Part shown: one piece after another, positions 16,331-17,562 of the stretch
Layout: the number at the start of each line of letters is the position of its first letter
Position numbering within the stretch: position 1 is the stretch's first letter
Assembly: GCA_041752695.1 (NCBI GenBank)
Contig: JBGSVZ010000008.1
Coordinates: 1 to 17,562, forward strand
DNA from: Terrimicrobiaceae bacterium
GTDB lineage: Bacteria; Verrucomicrobiota; Verrucomicrobiia; Chthoniobacterales; Terrimicrobiaceae
Direction: 5' to 3'
DNA length: 17,562 bases
Notes under the pieces: generated by a model
Databases searched by the model: none
Seen by the model: only the letters and a program-made list of their open reading frames with translations
Told to the model about the DNA's origin: nothing
Translations under genes and position numbers: made by a program

Positions 16331-16864
16331 ATGCGCCCACTCCGAGGAAAGTTTCTGATCGGATCCATCATCGCGGGATCACTCGTCCTTTTTCTTGCAA
16401 CCGCTGTTCTGATCGGATGGCTGGACGGTGTTGCCAGCCGAGGAAATAGTGGCCCCAGCGTTGAGGATTACAGGCTGCAGTTCATCTCCAAAATGGACGA
16501 GGATCTCGCCGATCCGGAAAACTTCATCCGCAAGAAGATCGAAAACGCGCATTGGACGGTCAAAACATCGAGCGCCCGCGTGACGGCGTGCAGCGTTTAC
16601 TCCGTCGATGGCTCCGATCGGGGGGGCAAGGGCTACTCCAACATTTCAGAAGTCGATTTCATCGTGACAACCTTCTGGGACGGCATTTTACAGAAAGGTG
16701 GCTTCACCGAAATCCGGATGACAATTGATGCAAAGTCGGGCCAAGTGAAAACCTGCGCCTACGTGGGGGGAAACGCCACTTTCAACGTCGAGACGATCGA
16801 CTGGTTCAAGGTTGGTGAAACAGTGGCGCCGTATGTCTTGAGTTTCGCTCTTGGAGGCGGATGA
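16331..16864 (+). CDS. Hypothetical N-terminally membrane-anchored protein, ~177 aa
   Basis: MRPLRGK followed by a hydrophobic segment (FLIGSIIAGSLVLFLATAVLIGWL) and a soluble beta-rich domain. Confidence 0.7.
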   Translation: MRPLRGKFLIGSIIAGSLVLFLATAVLIGWLDGVASRGNSGPSVEDYRLQFISKMDEDLADPENFIRKKIENAHWTVKTSSARVTACSVYSVDGSDRGGKGYSNISEVDFIVTTFWDGILQKGGFTEIRMTIDAKSGQVKTCAYVGGNATFNVETIDWFKVGETVAPYVLSFALGGG

Positions 16865-16870
16865 AAGTTT

Positions 16871-17023
16871 ATGAAAAAGATGATCGTAGCAGCAGTTGTC
16901 ACCGCGCTTTTGTGCGTTGGCGTCGCCTTGGCAGGAACGAAATGCTGGAAATGCAGCGGGACCGGCTGGGATGGCCGATTCAAGTGCTCCACCTGCGGGG
17001 GAGACGGCGAGATAGGAAACTAG
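16871..17023 (+). CDS. 50-aa secreted peptide with two CxxCxGxG (DnaJ-type Zn finger) motifs; not in the ORF track
   Basis: MKKMIVAAVVTALLCVGVALA|GTKCWKCSGTGWDGRFKCSTCGGDGEIGN*. It has a typical signal peptide with an A-x-A site and starts 6 nt after the upstream stop. Confidence 0.75.
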   Translation: MKKMIVAAVVTALLCVGVALAGTKCWKCSGTGWDGRFKCSTCGGDGEIGN

Positions 17024-17075
17024 GTTCGGCACCCGTGATGGAAACTGTTGTATGCACAGGAGTGGGCCCGCTCGT

Positions 17076-17424
17076 TCACTCTAGATCGAGTGCGCGATGC
17101 CGAAGGCTCTCCTTCTGCGCAGCCTCGGCTCGACGCAATAGTGAAGCGACATATGGAAAATCGAGGTCGAGTCGTGTCGCGAGTCGATGCAGTGTTTCAA
17201 CAGCTTCCTGCCGATCATCCAGTCCGCTCATTTCCAATTTACTCCGCATCGGGCCAGGCCAGCCTTGATTGTTAAATATGGCCATTTCAAAGGCGTCGGA
17301 CAATTCTCCTTGGTCTTCTGAAAGTAGGCGGCAAACCGTGGTGGTTGGCCACCGCCCGTCAACTTCCGCGGGACAGTAGAGAAGCCAACGTCCAAGTGTT
17401 CGGGCGCATGCTTTTCGGAGTCCG
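17076..17424 (-). pseudogene. 3' remnant of a probably large protein, interrupted by the IS3-family element
   Basis: The frame stays open from the IS boundary: GLRKACARTLGRWLLYCPAEVDGRWPTTTVCRLLSEDQGELSDAFEMAIFNNQG...LDFPYVASLLRRAE. This resembles the C-terminal domain of large HigA/XRE-fused ATPase-like proteins. Confidence 0.55.
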
Positions 17425-17562
17425 TGAGGTGGACCCCAAAAATCGGACCAGTGGTTAAGCTATAGATTTTGCGGGAATCGGGAGGGAGGGATACAAGGAA
17501 AAAGCCGATGAAAGGAAAACGCAGAAGACACGAGCCGGAGTTCAAAGCCCGAGTGGCGCTGG
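17425..17562 (+). mobile_element. Left end of an IS3-family insertion sequence (partial)
   Basis: IRL-like TGAGGTGGACCCCAAAAATCGGACCA (5'-TG start), followed by an orfA start. Confidence 0.8.
17508..17562 (+). CDS. IS3-family transposase OrfA, N-terminus (truncated by the window)
   Basis: MKGKRRRHEPEFKARVAL, typical of an HTH_Tnp_1 start, with AAGGA upstream. Confidence 0.85.
   Translation, partial: MKGKRRRHEPEFKARVAL

Noticed and set aside
16861..17275. ORFs 16861-17268 (+) and 17048-17275 (+)
   Set aside because: The region is better explained by the 50-aa signal-peptide ORF in another frame and by the minus-strand gene remnant. The 135-aa product is Arg/Ser-rich and looks non-coding.
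1..17562. Composite transposon formed by the two flanking IS ends
   Set aside because: The ends belong to different IS families (IS66 and IS3), and each appears to interrupt a separate gene.
1..17562. CRISPR array, tRNA/rRNA, integron attC array, or a complete dnd/R-M system
   Set aside because: I saw no regularly spaced repeats, RNA-gene signatures, integrase, or dnd/restriction core genes by eye. A covariance-model search was not possible.

Overview
This is an accessory, island-like window of about 17.5 kb, probably from a Verrucomicrobia/PVC-type bacterium (inferred from gene style only). It is bounded by the right end of an IS66-family element (1-140) and the left end of an IS3-family element (17425-end), and each IS appears to truncate a gene: a SeqA-C-like domain on the left and the C-terminus of a probably large conflict-type protein on the right. 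Between them lie a DNA-phosphorothioation-associated putative methyltransferase, a degenerate zincin-like/HEPN-like fusion, and a divergent enzyme cluster. The leftward arm encodes vWA, a Zn-ribbon protein, a Tyr/dual-specificity phosphatase and an archaemetzincin. The rightward arm encodes HNH, EEP, HDAC-family deacylase, LysR, metallophosphoesterase, DUF932, a conserved bacterial/fungal uncharacterised protein, and an SPL-like radical SAM enzyme with a partner. An XRE regulator with a palindromic operator faces a membrane protein and an unannotated 50-aa secreted CxxCxGxG peptide. The most notable signal is a shared upstream motif (CAG-N2-AC...TGTCCC-N10-'-10') in front of three genes, which has PafBC/WYL-like promoter geometry and suggests a co-induced 'modification-eraser' regulon. 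All family assignments come from motif recognition by eye; no database searches were run.
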